Of a stretch of DNA of 64,000 nt, positions 1 through 13,298 are shown piece by piece. How positions within the stretch are numbered: the first letter of the stretch is position 1; each line of letters starts with the position of its first letter. A program made the translations under genes and the position numbers. The notes below the pieces were generated by a model, which did no database searches, was not told where the DNA came from, and saw nothing but the letters and a program-made list of their open reading frames with translations. The stretch lies in assembly GCA_001662655.1 (NCBI GenBank), contig KV460260.1. The stretch is one strand, 5' to 3'. Source of the stretch: Pseudogymnoascus verrucosus. Its lineage: Eukaryota.

Positions 1-2340
1 ATGACGGACACCTCGCGCGGTTCTCGCCGAGCACGAAGACAAAGACATTATTTCAGTTTGGAGAGCCCGTGAGCCCGCATATTGCCGCGAGGGGCGCTAC
101 TGTGAGATGCCGAGATGAAGAATTTATGAGTCAGTCAATATCAAAGTTGCTAATCACTTTCTAGCCGCTCTCTGATTCGTCAATTCGAGAAAAGATCCAG
201 GCGCACGTGACATCGTGTTCTCAGGATGGAAAGGGGACGCTGCTTGTCGAGACAGCTGGCGGGGTGCATTCTCCTACGCCGTCTGGGAGCTCACAGGCGG
301 ATCTATACAGGCCTCTGCGCCTGCCCGTCTTGTTAGTAGGTGACCACCGCCTTGGAGGCATCTCGTCATCCATATCGGCCTTCGAGTCCCTCCATATCAG
401 GGGCTACGACCTCAACTCCGTTCTACTATTCGAGGATGAGCAATATCAGAATCATGAGTATCTTCGCGACTACTTCGGCGAGCGCGGCATCTCCGTGCTC
501 TCGCTCCCCCCACCCCCGCCACAGGAGAGCAGCAAAGAGACCGATCAGGCGCGTATGGCAGACTACTACCTAGAAATGAGCGAGCGCAAATCCGTCATAG
601 ACATGGCAACCTCCCTCTCCACCTCTCACACCTCCCGCCTCGACAGGCTCGACTCAATGGCCGACAAAGCCCACAAACACATCTGGTACCCTTTCACACA
701 GCACCGCGGCATCACCCCTGACAAACTCATGACCGTCGACTCCGCCCACGGCGACTTCTTCCAGACCGTCTCACCACCATCCTCCGAGACCGTCCTGCAA
801 CCTACCCTCGACGGCTCCGCATCTTGGTGGACCCAGGGCCTAGGACACGGTAACCCCGCTCTTTCCCTCGCCGCTGCCAACGCCGCTGGTCGCTACGGCC
901 ACGTGATGTTCGCATCAGCGATCCATGAGCCGGCCCTTGCGCTGGCAGAGCTTCTGCTCGAAAACCTACGGAATCCGCGGATGCAGCGGGTGTTCTACTC
1001 CGACAACGGGAGCACGGGCGTCGAGGTAGCGGTTAAGATGGCGTTGACAGCCGCGTCGGTGCGGTATGGGTATGAGGAATCGCAAGAGGTGGGTGTGATT
1101 GGGCTGAAGGGCAGTTACCACGGAGACACGATTGGAGCGATGGATTGCTCCGAGCCGTCGACGTATAATGAGCGTGTGCATTGGTACCGTGGGCGTGGTC
1201 ACTGGTTTGATTTCCCGCAGGTTAAGATGAAGGAGGGGGAGTGGGTGGTTGAGCCGCCTGAGGGGGGCGAGGGAGAGTTTGGGCCGGCAATGAGGTTTAA
1301 GTCGCTGGATGAGGTGTTTGATATGGAGGCTCGAGATGAGTCGCTTGCTGCGGAGACGTATAAGAAGCACATCCTCGAAACACTGGACAGGCTCGTACGC
1401 GTGGAAGGAAAGACTTTCGGCGCGCTTGTCATGGAGCCTATCATGCTCGGCGCCGGTGGCATGCTCCTTGTGTAAGTTCTCGTTAGCCCCTCCCTTTTCA
1501 CACACCAACTAATCCTTCCTAGCGACCCCCTCTTCCAACGCACTCTCATAAACACCATCCGGGACTCACACTCCCTATTCTCCGCCTCCCCTGCCCCAAC
1601 CGACCCAAACAACTGGACCGGTCTACCCATCCTCTTCGACGAAGTCTTCACAGGCATCACCCGCCTCGGCCCCTTCAGCCCATCCACCCTCCTTGGCACC
1701 CAACCCGACATCTCGGTGCACGCCAAGCTCTTAACCGGTGGGCTTGTCCCACTCGCCGCCACCGTCGCGAGTGAGTCTATCTACGACGTCTTCCTGGGAG
1801 ATGAGAAACGCGATGCCCTTCTACATGGACACAGTTACACAGCCCATGCGGTTGGGTGTGCAGTTGCCGAGGCATCGGTGAAGGAGTTGTTGCGGATTGA
1901 GAGCGGTGAGGAGTGGGAGGCATTCAGGGCGCCGTGGGGGAAGACGAAGGTGGATAGTGCATCCGGTGGGAAGGACGGGGTGTGGAGTATGTGGTCCCCA
2001 ACGTTCTTAGACAGTGTATCACGCCATACAGAGGTAGAGAGTGTGGTTGCGCTTGGGTCTGTGCTTGCTATTAAGTTACGGGATGAAAACCCTGGTATGT
2101 CTTCCTTTCTGTTTTTTACCCCCTCCCATTTATATGCTTTAATTGGGAACATGCTTACATGCGTTTGCAGGGTACACATCCACCGCAGCGATAGGGCTGC
2201 AATCTGCGCTCTCCCGCGTCGAGGGCGGGTTTGGGATCCACTCGCGCGTGCTGGGGAATGTATTCTATGTGATGGCGAGCCAAACCACAACGGTGGATGT
2301 TGTGAGGGGGATTGAGGAGCGTGTGATCCAGGCGCTGTAG
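1..2340 (+). CDS. bioDA: Bifunctional dethiobiotin synthetase / 7,8-diaminopelargonic acid aminotransferase (5'-partial)
   Basis: BioD motifs (EPVSPHIAA, LVETAGGVHSP, GDHRLGGIS) followed by BioA motifs (IWYPFTQH, DGSASWWTQGLGH, SYHGDTIGAM, FDEVFTG, PLP lysine in HAKLLTGG, HGHSYTAH). Introns at 102-164, 1472-1522 and 2095-2170; stop TAG at 2338-2340. Confidence 0.95.
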
Positions 2341-2803
2341 ACATATTGAAAATTTTAGATTTATCAAGAGGCATGAGCCGTGTACGTATTCATACGATAC
2401 TGTGTCGTCGTTGCACGACCCGGTGTGATGTCGTTCTTATTGTGATTCGTGCGAGCTGAAATCTGGGTGGAGCCTGCACGGGAGAGAAACGGGAACAATA
2501 AGCAAACGGTGACATGAGAATTCTCGTTGTTTATCCTATCATAAATATTGTGGTCTCCTCATCTATCCAAGATGTTATGTGGAGAAATGCCACAATGGGG
2601 TATAACTTTTCGTCAGAGGCCATAACTCGTGAGTGGGACCGCTGTGCTCGCTCGCTTGAATTGCAGATTAAAATCAAAGTGCTGATCAAAAACAACTTTT
2701 GGGTCGAAGGCGAAATGAAGGTGGCGTAGAGAGGTTGGTGTTGTACGTTCCCTCGTCTCGCACACCCTATATCGTTAGATGGGATTTGGCGCAAGGAAGA
2801 CGT

Positions 2804-4825
2804 TTAGTTCGCAACGGGCCGGCAGAAAGCTTGTAAATGCCGTCCCTGAAAGTGTGGCAAGAAGCATTCCCTCCAGGTCAGATCATCGACGCTAAAAGGA
2901 AACGTGTTAGTTACACACTTCGGTTTTATGGATCATGTCTTACCTGGTCCCATCTAGCTCCAGATCAAAGCGTCGAAAGAGAGCGGCAAATACGAGGTAC
3001 ATTTCACAGTTTGCAAGACTATCATTACATTAGTGGTACATCCTGGAATAAGTCAAAGGTATACAGCGCCGAGCTTACTTCTGTCCCATGCACATCCTCG
3101 GTCCCTTGGAGAACGCAACGAGCCACTTCTCGAGAGATGCCGAATCCTTTTTGAGCCAACGCTCGGGATCAAAGGTTTCGGGGTTCTTGAAGATTGCTTT
3201 GGAACTGTGGACGAAAGTACCGCTCATGCCCACAATGGTCTGCGAAACGTCAACGATTGAATACTCGCCCAGGGAAAAGCGTGACTCACATTTGGAGGAA
3301 TGTAGGCACCTGTGACGGTTGCGCCAGTGGCAGGAACCACGCGGAGTAAGGGAGAGGCGACGCCGGGGCTGATACGGAGGGATTCTTTGATCACAGCGGT
3401 CTTGCTTCGTTAGCCAGACAGATCAACAAAATAAGATAGAACATTCTCACCAGGAATGGCAACTTCTCCAATTCCTCCAATTTGGGCGGTTCGTCAAGAA
3501 CCGGCCAGGCGCTGTACAACTCTTCCTTCAACCTGTCTACGTAACCAGGGGATCCGAGCAAGTGGAATGTCCCTAGCATGAGAGCGTTACCAGTCGTGTC
3601 AGCACCACCAAACATCAACGCCTGGGCCTCTTCGTACAGGCTACCTGCAGACGGAAGCGGTTCCCCCTTGCTGGCTTTGGTACTGAGCAGCTCATGGTAA
3701 ATAATCCGATGTGGTGAATCTTTTAAGGCCTCGGGATTTTTCACAACCTCATTCACCTGTGCACCAAGCAGTTGCTGGAGGTGTATTAACCCCGCAGTCT
3801 GTGGGCTGGTGAGAACGCTAAGCCATGGTGGCATACCAAATACTGCTTTACGGATAAGGCTAAAGTGCTTAAACACGACGAATGCGGGCAGGGACGCCTC
3901 CATGGCTTCAATAATAGGGGCCTTGAAGTCTGGTTCAGCGAGGGCATCTACAGACTTTGCAAAGCAGAAGTAGGTGATGGTATCCATAGTGAAACACCGG
4001 AGCCCAAAGAAAAGATCGGACGATTTCCCAGCTGCGTTGTTAATAGCGAGGATTTTGCATAATCGGTCAACCTGCATGCAAATTAGTCTCTAATAAGCTA
4101 TCGATGTTAATAACGTGGTGAGAGCGGTCGTACATTGCCCTGCACCAGGCCCTGGAGTTCACAGATAGCTCGACGTGAGAACAGGGGGGCCATGATATCC
4201 TTCCGCTGTTTGGATTCCGCATATGTCAGAAATCCAAACGACGAGCGGTCCTCCCCAAAGCTATGATAGAGGTCCGCCTCCTTATTCCATCGATTATTAT
4301 TGCTGTATATCTCACTATATGCGGCTGGATCTGAGAAGTGGAGCTAGAATGCCGTTAGAACAGGTACCCACAAGGGACATGACTCGTGGGAATCCGGGGA
4401 AGGGTTCCAATCTCTTGGCGCCAGTTATGGAAATGCAAATAAATGAAACACAAATAAGGAAGCAAGGGAAAGCGTAAGACACGAAAAAGAGAAGCCGTGT
4501 ACCTCGTTGGGACCAACACGAACGATTTTGCCTTAATTGCCAGTCAGCCAGCATCCCAGCAGCACCAGGCAAGCCCACGATCCATTCCCTACCTACCATA
4601 CTTGGTATGCAACTCCTGGAGCACATCAATCCAAGATCTGCCAAGATAAAGCTCCTGATATGTCTTGTACCAGGCTGTAAAGGCTGCAGCCTTTGGGCCT
4701 GGAAAGGCAGCGAGTGGGTGGCAAAACAGATTGGACAGGCCAGTGACAGCTCTCTGGATCAGCCAGGCTGAAACCAGACCAATAACGACGACCGCCACTT
4801 TGCCTGGGATGTCTAACCCGGACAT
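2804..4825 (-). CDS. Cytochrome P450 (trichodiene-oxygenase-like clan), multi-exon
   Basis: N-terminal membrane anchor plus HPLAAFPGP; micro-exon KIVRVGPNE (4503-4531); I-helix GGADTT; K-helix IKESLR; PERW; heme motif FSKGPRMCMG. The last exon ends ...FCRPVAN-TAA at 2804. GT-AG introns join the exons in frame. Confidence 0.92.
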
Positions 4826-5125
4826 GATGAGTGGAATACCGAGAATACCGAGAGGTGAGCTCAAAGCTGTGTGATGAGTGTGATCAGTGCGATCAGTGTG
4901 ATATGTGATATAAGGTGGATATATTTGTGATTGGTGTTATTGCACGGTGTGTGACTGGTAGTGGGATCCCTTGCGTTGGGACCACACCACGAGTCGATCA
5001 GACTTAGTTCTTAAGCGAGATATTGGGTACGACCTCAAAGAAAGGTCACAATTATATCTCTGCTCATCCAGTACTGACCTTCCCCGACGTCTCCGAATAT
5101 ATTTGCGATCACAGTCGTCAACGTC

Positions 5126-6508
5126 ATGGTCGAGGATTCCATCGGAACGTCGATCACGGCGGCCGAATCCACGCCACCAACAGCCACGGCTTCGATAGAC
5201 CCTGAGCTAGCTACGGGTAAGCTACCGGAACCTTCTTTCGAGACAATAAATAGCGCTGCGCCTCCTGTGGAGCACCAACCAGGCCGTCCGTCGTCATATC
5301 AAGGAGCACCATCCCCTCAGCCATCAGTAGGATCAGATGAAGAGATCACCATCGACGATACATTCGAAGAAGATGGCGATTCTGCCTACGACAGCGGTTC
5401 TCTCCAGAGCGATACAACATCGCTGCTTTCGCATATCACAAAGTACCGATACGAGAATAACCGGCGGTACCATGCATACAAAGACGGGGAATATTGGGGT
5501 CCAAACGACGAGCAGCAGAGTAACCAGCTCGATATTGCACATCACCTGTTCCTGTTGACAATGGGCGACAGGCTATTCCTCGCGCCCATTGGCGACAATC
5601 CCCAAAATGTCCTCGACATTGGCACAGGCACCGGTATCTGGGCCATGGATTTCGCAGATCAATACCCCTCCGCACGGGTGACTGGGTTCGACCTCTCGCC
5701 CATACAGCCGCAGTGGGTGGCGCCGAACTTGCGCTTCGAGATCAATGATGCCTGCGATCCGGATTGGGGTTACTCGAAGAATTCGTTCGACTTCATTCAC
5801 GTCCGCGCTATGTATGGAAGTGTTGCGGATTGGCCAGCATTCTACCAGCAGGTTCTAGAGTGAGCAGCAGCCCTTCTTCCTGTTATAGCTTCATGTGCTG
5901 ACATGATATAGCAACCTTGTCCCTGGAGGCTGGTATCAGCAGCTTGAGATGTCCGTGGTTCTGAAGTCAGATGATGGTAGCGTCAAGGAAGGCAGCATCT
6001 TTGACCAGTGGGGAAAGGTATCACTTGAGGCTGGCGACAAGTTTGGGAAGGATCTCAGGATTCACGAGCAGATCAAAGGATATGTTACAGATGCTGGCTT
6101 CGTAGATATTGTCGAGACAGTATACAGGTATCCTGTTGGACCGTGGGCTAAAGACCCGTTCACAAAGAGTGTCGGGGAATGGAATCGCATACATTGGCAG
6201 GAGGGTATCGAGGGCTGGTCAATGGCCTTGTTGACGAGAGTACTAAACGTTAGTCTCCACACCTACATTATCATGCAACTAAAAGCTTACCGTGTGTCTG
6301 CAGTGGTCGTATACTGAAGTACAAGCATACCTCGGGAAGATGAGAGAGGCGCTGAAGGACAACAGCATCCATGCGTACCATATTGTGTAAGTTTTGTCTC
6401 TAATTTTATCCTTCCAGCTCCGGCTAAGGTGCACGACCGATACTTGGTGTTTGGTTGCTAACAGTGGCACGAAGAAACGTCGTATACGGACGGAAACCGC
6501 CGAGATGA
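5126..6508 (+). CDS. SAM-dependent methyltransferase, LaeA-like family
   Basis: YRYENNRRYHAY, YWGPNDE, SAM motif VLDIGTGTGIWA, DLSPIQPQWV, FDFIHVR. Three introns; the last exon reads NVVYGRKPPR-TGA (6506-6508). Confidence 0.9.
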
Positions 6509-7053
6509 GGCGATACAAAGCGCACAGGCACAAGCACAGGCAGCTGAAGTCATCACCAAGAAGTGAAATCCGCTGGTATCACAGTACAGAGGAAATAGAG
6601 CGAGAGCGGCACAAGTCACGATTCAACGAAACATTTCGGTTGAGGGTAGGTTGGTTGATTACGGGCATGTACTATATACCACGGGCCGGTCTTGAACCCA
6701 TATCGAATGCCTGTTAACGGCTCTCTTTATTCATTGTGGGCTAGGCGCCCATGACGGAGTTGGGGGATCCAACGAGGAAAGACATCGCCCAGCTTCGAGA
6801 CTGTGCGACTTTATGAGATACCACAGAGGCGACTCTGGGCAGGCATTTTTATTGCCTGCCTTAATTATGTCGAGGATTGCACATCTGATCGCTTCTACCA
6901 GGCGTCGGATAATCTCTGCTCGAAATGTAAGAGATTTAGTAGGTACGATGGTCTGTCTTCATATAGTATGTCTGCCACAGGGCTAGCCTTCCTGTATTAA
7001 TGCAAAAACCATTGACAGAACCACATTCAAGTCTTTCGTAGTGGCATCCTCAG

Positions 7054-9333
7054 CTACATTCCCTGTGCAGACAGCAAACGCTCCCATTGCGCCCATTCGT
7101 TTGGTTCCAAATCAAAAGACAAAATACTTGAGAAATCATACGACTCAATAGGCTCGAAACCAGCGCTATAGTTGCCATCATGCCTTTGAGATTGGGGTTT
7201 GTCATTTCCAACAGAGCTCCCCATTGCTCCCTCGAGGTTTTTTATGGCGTCTGGCTTCGATGCAGGTGTTCGACAGCGACGAAGCGCTTCAATATAATAC
7301 GGCGTCAGTGGTTCCGGAATCCCCTCCGCATTCCTCGCCGCGACGCAGTCGTCCCATACTTGCAGAGTCCAGTTACCCAGCGCAGCATACAGCGCCTCTG
7401 TGGCCTGAGCAAAAATGAGTGGATAATTTTCGAAAGCTTCGCCTATCAGCTTCCACGCACGATCGACATCTGGCCCTATCTTGCGGTTGCGCGCTTCGAT
7501 GAGCACGTAGAGCAGCGTGTCCCATATATAACCCGAGCTTGTTTGTGTTGAAAATTTCCGCAGATTCGGATCTCTGTGTAATAGGTTGCCGTATTCGAGG
7601 AGTTTCATTCCGTTGGTGAATATTATGTCTCGTGCTCTTTGTGGGACTTTGGCGCCGCAGTTGGCGAATTGGCGGGGGTTGTAGGCGTATAGGTTCATCT
7701 TGCATATTGCTGACCTAGCAAGAACCGATGAGAAATAATGGAGAGGATTCGATGGATCAAAATAGCGAAGATATTTTGTCTCTAAGATGCCCTCGACCTG
7801 CTTGATCAGGTTGTCCCTCTCAGCGGGTGTGACGGCCTGGCCGGTAAGATTCTCCCACCCAACATCGTACGAATGCTGCGATTTGACTTTGCGCAAGAAA
7901 TCAATAATATCAAATCTTATCAAAGAAAGCACAATGGATGTGATACCGGTCCGTTCTGGCGGTGGCTCGACCATGTCGGGCGTGAGGTCTTCATCTTCGA
8001 CATTGAGAGGTTTCTTGGTGTCACTGAGAAAAAGATCCATAGACGGCCTCGTGCCTGAGAAATCAGATGTGCGACAGTCGATGAAGACAATCATCCACCA
8101 AAGACGCCTTCGGATTTCTGTGTCGAATGGAGAGAGATTAAGGGATGTCCCGTCGCGGTGAAGGCCCATGCGCCGGGCAAGCCGGACGGCAACTCCTGAT
8201 AGGATGAACATCGTATCACTCTGGTAACATCCTTTCATGCCCATCTATGTCGGTTAGCCAAAACCTAAAATCAACTCCGAGCAGCGAAACTTACAAGGAA
8301 CATCATAAATGCTTGCAGGGTCACTAGGCTAGTTGTTTTGAGAAATCCCGCGTTCATCAACGTCTGGCGAGCTGCGATTCTATATCGTGTAAAAACGATC
8401 GATTTGTCCTCTCCAAAAAGTGAGCGGCATTCATCTTCATCCAAAGAGGAGATTGTCATGAGATAGAATCCGAAAATGAGTGCTTCGACGCTTTTCAACA
8501 CGTCATGTGGGTTCTCAACCGCATTTGTGAGGGTGGTCCAAAATGTAGGGAGATGCAAGAGTTTCACCAAGGGATCCACTCTATCGACAAAAATATCGAA
8601 GACCCTTTTCAGTATATGAGAAGAAAGGTGGAGGCTTGTGATATTGTCGATTTTTGAGTAGGTGCCCAGCAAAAGACCATTCTCGTCAGCTGTATCGACA
8701 AAGACGTCCGATATCCGAACAGTCATTTCGCCAACGCACTCAACGAACCCTGCTTCATCGGGATGGTGGAACTATCAATAATAAGTAAAACGTCCTTTAG
8801 AGTGTAAGATGGAGTCAGGATTACCTCGTCTCCTATGTTGGACCATATTTCACTGGCAAAGGTCAGTAATGTGTGTGCATGGCTTCAGGATAAGAACAGA
8901 CGCACTTATCAAAATACCTCGACGAGCCATTCTTACTTACAAGCCTTGACTTGGATTTGTCAAACGTAAAAGGTTCGTCAGGGCCCTCTTTATGAGACTT
9001 GGCTCCTTCGGCTTCGGTCATCTCAACATCAGGCTCCGATGCCACGTCCGCGTCTGACAAATTCTCGTAGTCGGATTGCTCTATGTTTGCTCCGTACGCT
9101 TTTAACATCTCCTCGTATCGTTTTAATTTACTGTGAAGCCCCTCCTTGGGCGGTTTTGTCAACTTCCGCTTGCCGCGCACGGGGGCAATAAAGCTGCATT
9201 GCGTTGCTGCCTTTACACAGTGAGAACATGGGTTGTGCCGATCACACCTGACCTTGCGCTGTCGGCACGTCAAGCAGGAGAATTTCTTTAGGTCTTCACC
9301 CGGTCTGAGTCGTCCTTCTGAAGTCTGAGGCAT
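7054..9333 (-). CDS. Zn(II)2Cys6 transcription factor with fungal-specific TF domain
   Basis: CLTCRQRKVRCDRHNPCSHCVKAATQC cluster; middle homology region (VDPLVKLLHLPT, ARRMGLHRDG, EIRRRLWW); several introns. Confidence 0.92.
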
Positions 9334-9620
9334 TGCTGGATTTAATTATTTCCGGTGTTGTACGAAGGATTGTTGGTGACGGAGTTTATTGTGGTCGTCG
9401 TTCTCGGGGCCCGGAGAAGGAAAATCATTTTTGAGCACCGAGAAGCGACATCAGTCTCACTTATGGAGCGAGCTCCGTCGCCCTCGCCTTGGAAAATCGA
9501 CCCCGACAACCCCGAGCACCGCTGAATATTTTACCTATATATAATGGTGCCACAAACGTGATATTAAGATGGCAGTTAATTCTTTATTCGCTTTGACAAG
9601 CTTGCCTTGTGCTTCCAACA

Positions 9621-11335
9621 ATGTCTCAACACACCACCCCACGTGACGATGAGAAACCGACTGAAGACGCCCCTTTACCAGAGGCAAAGAAGGAGGAAAT
9701 TATAGAATATCCAAGCATTCATAAGCGCATTCTTATTATGACAGCGCTTCTTCTGTCTATTTTTTTGGTCACCTTGGTAATTATTTCCTTTCCCACGAAA
9801 AGATCTTTTCATTTGGCGAGATGGCTAACCATAGATGCAGGATCAAAACATTATATCAACCGCAATCCCTCGAATCACTGACGAGTTTCACTCTCTGGAT
9901 GACATCGGATGGTATGGCAGCGCATATTTGCTTACCACATGCAGCTTCCAGCTGCTCATGGGAAGAATATACAAATTTTACCCGGCTAAACCAGTCTTTC
10001 TCATCGGCATTATACTCTTTGAGATTGGCTCGGCGGTCTGTGGTGCGGCGCCAAACTCAAATGCATTCATTGTTGGCCGCGCTATTGCAGGAACTGGCAC
10101 TTCGGGGATGTTTTCAGGCTTGATGGTGATCATGTTCCACACCATCCCCCTGCAGCATCGGCCAATATTCCAAGGGTTCTTCGGCGCGATCTTTGCTCTG
10201 GGATCTGTCATCGGTCCTCTAGTCGGAGGCACTTTTACAGACAAAGTCACATGGAGATGGTGCTTTTACTTGAACTTGCCGATTGGCGCCGTTACAATCA
10301 TTGTCGCCATCCTCATTTTACACCTCCCCAACCAGAAGCTTGATGAGCAGGCGACCGGATGGATTGGGCGGCTGAAACAGCTTGACCCTATTGGCAATCT
10401 CATATTCCTACCAGGGGTTGTTTGCCTAATACTGGCCCTTCAATGGGGTGGAGCACAGTACTCCTGGAAAAACGCTCGCATCATAGTCCTTCTCATTCTT
10501 TGCGGCATCCTCTGCTTCGCCTTTATCAGCGTCCAGATTTGGAAAGATGAGAGTGCAATGGTCCCCCCACGTCTTGTCAGGCAACGGAGCATTGGCGCTT
10601 CGATGTGGTGCAGCTTTTTCAACGGCGCTGGCATGATGGTCGTGATGTATTATCTTCCCATCTATTTCCAGGCTATCAAAGGTGCAACAGCTCTCAACTC
10701 TGGGATTATGCTACTCCCAATGATACTCTCGACTGTTGTGGGCTCTCTTTTCTCTGGGTTCTTGGTCGCCAAACTCGGTTACTATACTCCATTCTTCATT
10801 CTCAGCTCGATCATTACCACCATCGGGGCTGGTCTCTTCACGACATTCACACCAAGCACAGGCCACGACAAGGATTGGATACCAAGTCCTGTACGGTATT
10901 GGTCTCGGCTTTGGGGTTCAACAGCCGATGAACGTTGTGCAGACGGTTCTTGACAGATCCGACATCGCAACCGGAACCGCTGTTGTCACGTTCATGCGCT
11001 TTCTTGGCCCCGCCATATTCCTACCTGTCGCCCAAAACATTTTCCTCAGCCGGCTTATCTCGAAGTTGGCCAACATCCCGGGCATCAGCGCGAAAACGGT
11101 TCTGGATGGCGGTGCCACTGATATCAAGAGTCTTGCTACCGGCGACAATCTAGAGAGGCTTATTTCGGACTACAACGACTCAATAGTTAGTGTGTTCTAT
11201 ATCGTGGTTGCTACCTGCAGTGTCACCATCTTTGGGAGTGTCCTTGTGGAATGGCGCAGCCTCAAAGCTCGTGCAGCCGAGCAATCTGGTGAGACTGCTA
11301 AAAAGGAGGCCAGCTTGACAGAAGAATCGGTTTAG
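9621..11335 (+). pseudogene. DHA2-type (14-TMS) MFS efflux transporter with an apparent 2-nt frameshift near 10872
   Basis: LDQNIISTAIPRIT, WYGSAYLLT, WRWCFYLNLPIG, LDPIG motifs; intron 9777-9840. The family motif 'KWIGYQ' appears as AAG-GATT-GGA-TAC-CAA (TG missing) and the C-terminal helices continue in another frame to 11335. A sequencing error is possible. Confidence 0.8.
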
Positions 11336-11849
11336 GATGGTTTATTCACCTCCACTAAACTTCTCGGACCAAAATTTGTATTATAGGGTATACTTGACTA
11401 AAATATCTTAAGGTTGTCGAGGATGCATGGTACCAACTACAAAGACAGTGGGAGGAAATGGCAAGCACTGCTTATAAGGAAGAATGAGCTTTACTAGATA
11501 GATGCAATGTAAGAAATAAAACTATTTAATTGATCTAAGACTATTAAAGGCAGATAGGCGTTGTCAATACTACAACAGCCTATCTCCTCCATTGACACCA
11601 CAAGCAGCCAGAAAAACGCCCCTATTTCAGTTAAGCCACGGTGCTTTTGATCCCATGCAAAAACGGCCATCTCAACCTCTGCAAAATTTGCTGGGGCGAA
11701 AGAACCCATTCTCATGGCCAAGAAACCGTCGCCCATCATTGACAAGCCTGATAAGCGTAGGGTTCTACATTTAGGTGCTGTACCGCAACTCGAAGTACTT
11801 CATTGCTGCATTGGAGATGGAAAATTTCCTTAATTGGATAACGGCACAA

Positions 11850-13118
11850 GTATTATCATCGTTAGCCGCCGGAAATGATGGGGAGCTGGTGTTTTACTTA
11901 GCTATGAATAGTGTGCATTAGCGATGCCAATGCTGGGCTCACAGGTCTTAACGGACCCCCGAGGGATATTACGCAGCATACAGCAACATACTCAGACGAA
12001 TTGACTTTACTGTCTCTCAATCTAGGGCGTGAAGATGATCTTAATGCATCAGTATGGAATAGCCGATGTTGGACATATCAAGAGTACACTCTCTCTCGAA
12101 GAAATCTAATCTTTAATAAAGACAGCGTGTACTTTCAATGCGGCCACGTTTGCTGGGATGAGGATATGAACAAGCTCAGGCCTGATATATACAGAAGCGC
12201 GTCGGATCAGACTATCGTCCCTAGCCGCGGAGAAGAAGCACCAACTGTAACCACTGAGATTACATATTCACTTAGCATAGCTCATCATTTTTACTTCAAT
12301 ATGGTCAATGAGTATACTCTAAGGGGCATGACCTACCCACGCGACCGGCTAAGTGGGTTTCAAGGTATTCTCAACTTTTATAACATGAAGTACGGCCCGG
12401 TTTTTATATGAGAATGTGGTCAGAGGAAATGCTTGTCCACTCTCTCCTATGGCAGCCACAGCAAGAGCTTCCAAGGGTTCCGATCTATGAGGAAACCAAC
12501 GCACTGATATATCCTAGCTGGTCGTGGGCAGGCTGGAGCGGGCCAGTTAAATACTGTAACTATCTAGACTGGAACGGCCTCCCTGCCTTGCACGATCCTT
12601 GGAAGCGAGCTTTACAATCCGAGTATGGCGAGACCGTTGATATCAAGAAGGATGGCGCCCTAGTCCCTATGTATCACCTACAGCTTCATACCCGGGTAGC
12701 AAGCTTTGGACTCACACTGGATGATAGAAGTGGAACTCCGAAGCCAAAGTCTTTATCGAAGGCCCATGGGAAGCTTTCAACCCGATTCGGAATCACCACA
12801 GTACGTTCGGCGGACCTTGACACCGAGGAAGAATGGCTGGGGACCATTTTACTACCAGCATCCTACCAGCAAAAACTCTCGGATGAGCACGAGTTTGTTG
12901 TTCTCTCGAGCGCTTACTGTTTTGTGGCCGATGAGCTGTCTTTGGATGCCTCAAGCGCTCTGAAGTCTTACTCTGTTATTAATGTTATGTTAATAACAAG
13001 GCAAGGCACCACTGCACATGACGGCCAGCCGGTTGTGGTACGAGCTGGAGTTGGTAGGATGTTGAAGAAGGCTTGGGATATGGCCGAAGTCTGTTGGGAG
13101 GATATGTTGGTTGCATGA
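11850..13118 (+). pseudogene. Degenerate heterokaryon-incompatibility (HET)-domain gene, C-terminal portion
   Basis: DANAGLTGL, WNSRCWTYQE...RRNLIF...VYFQC, R.MTYPRDRL, LLWQP and YPSWSWAGW motifs typical of HET-domain proteins. Frameshift at ~12408; no intact N-terminal HET core found upstream. 5' limit is approximate. Confidence 0.7.
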
Positions 13119-13298
13119 CGAGATGTGTTGGTGCTTCAGTTCAGTGATTTATGTGTATACGACTTATGATAGAGAGACATGCCCGCCAATGATAAATTTC
13201 AAATCAGATGTCTAATTTCTAGATAATCTAATATGTACGCAGCATCGAGTAATCTCAAGATGCTAAACCAACCCCCCATTCCTCATTCCCACCTCACA

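Noticed and set aside
2804..11335. Complete secondary-metabolite cluster
   Set aside because: No PKS, NRPS, terpene synthase or other backbone gene in the window, and the transporter is frameshifted.
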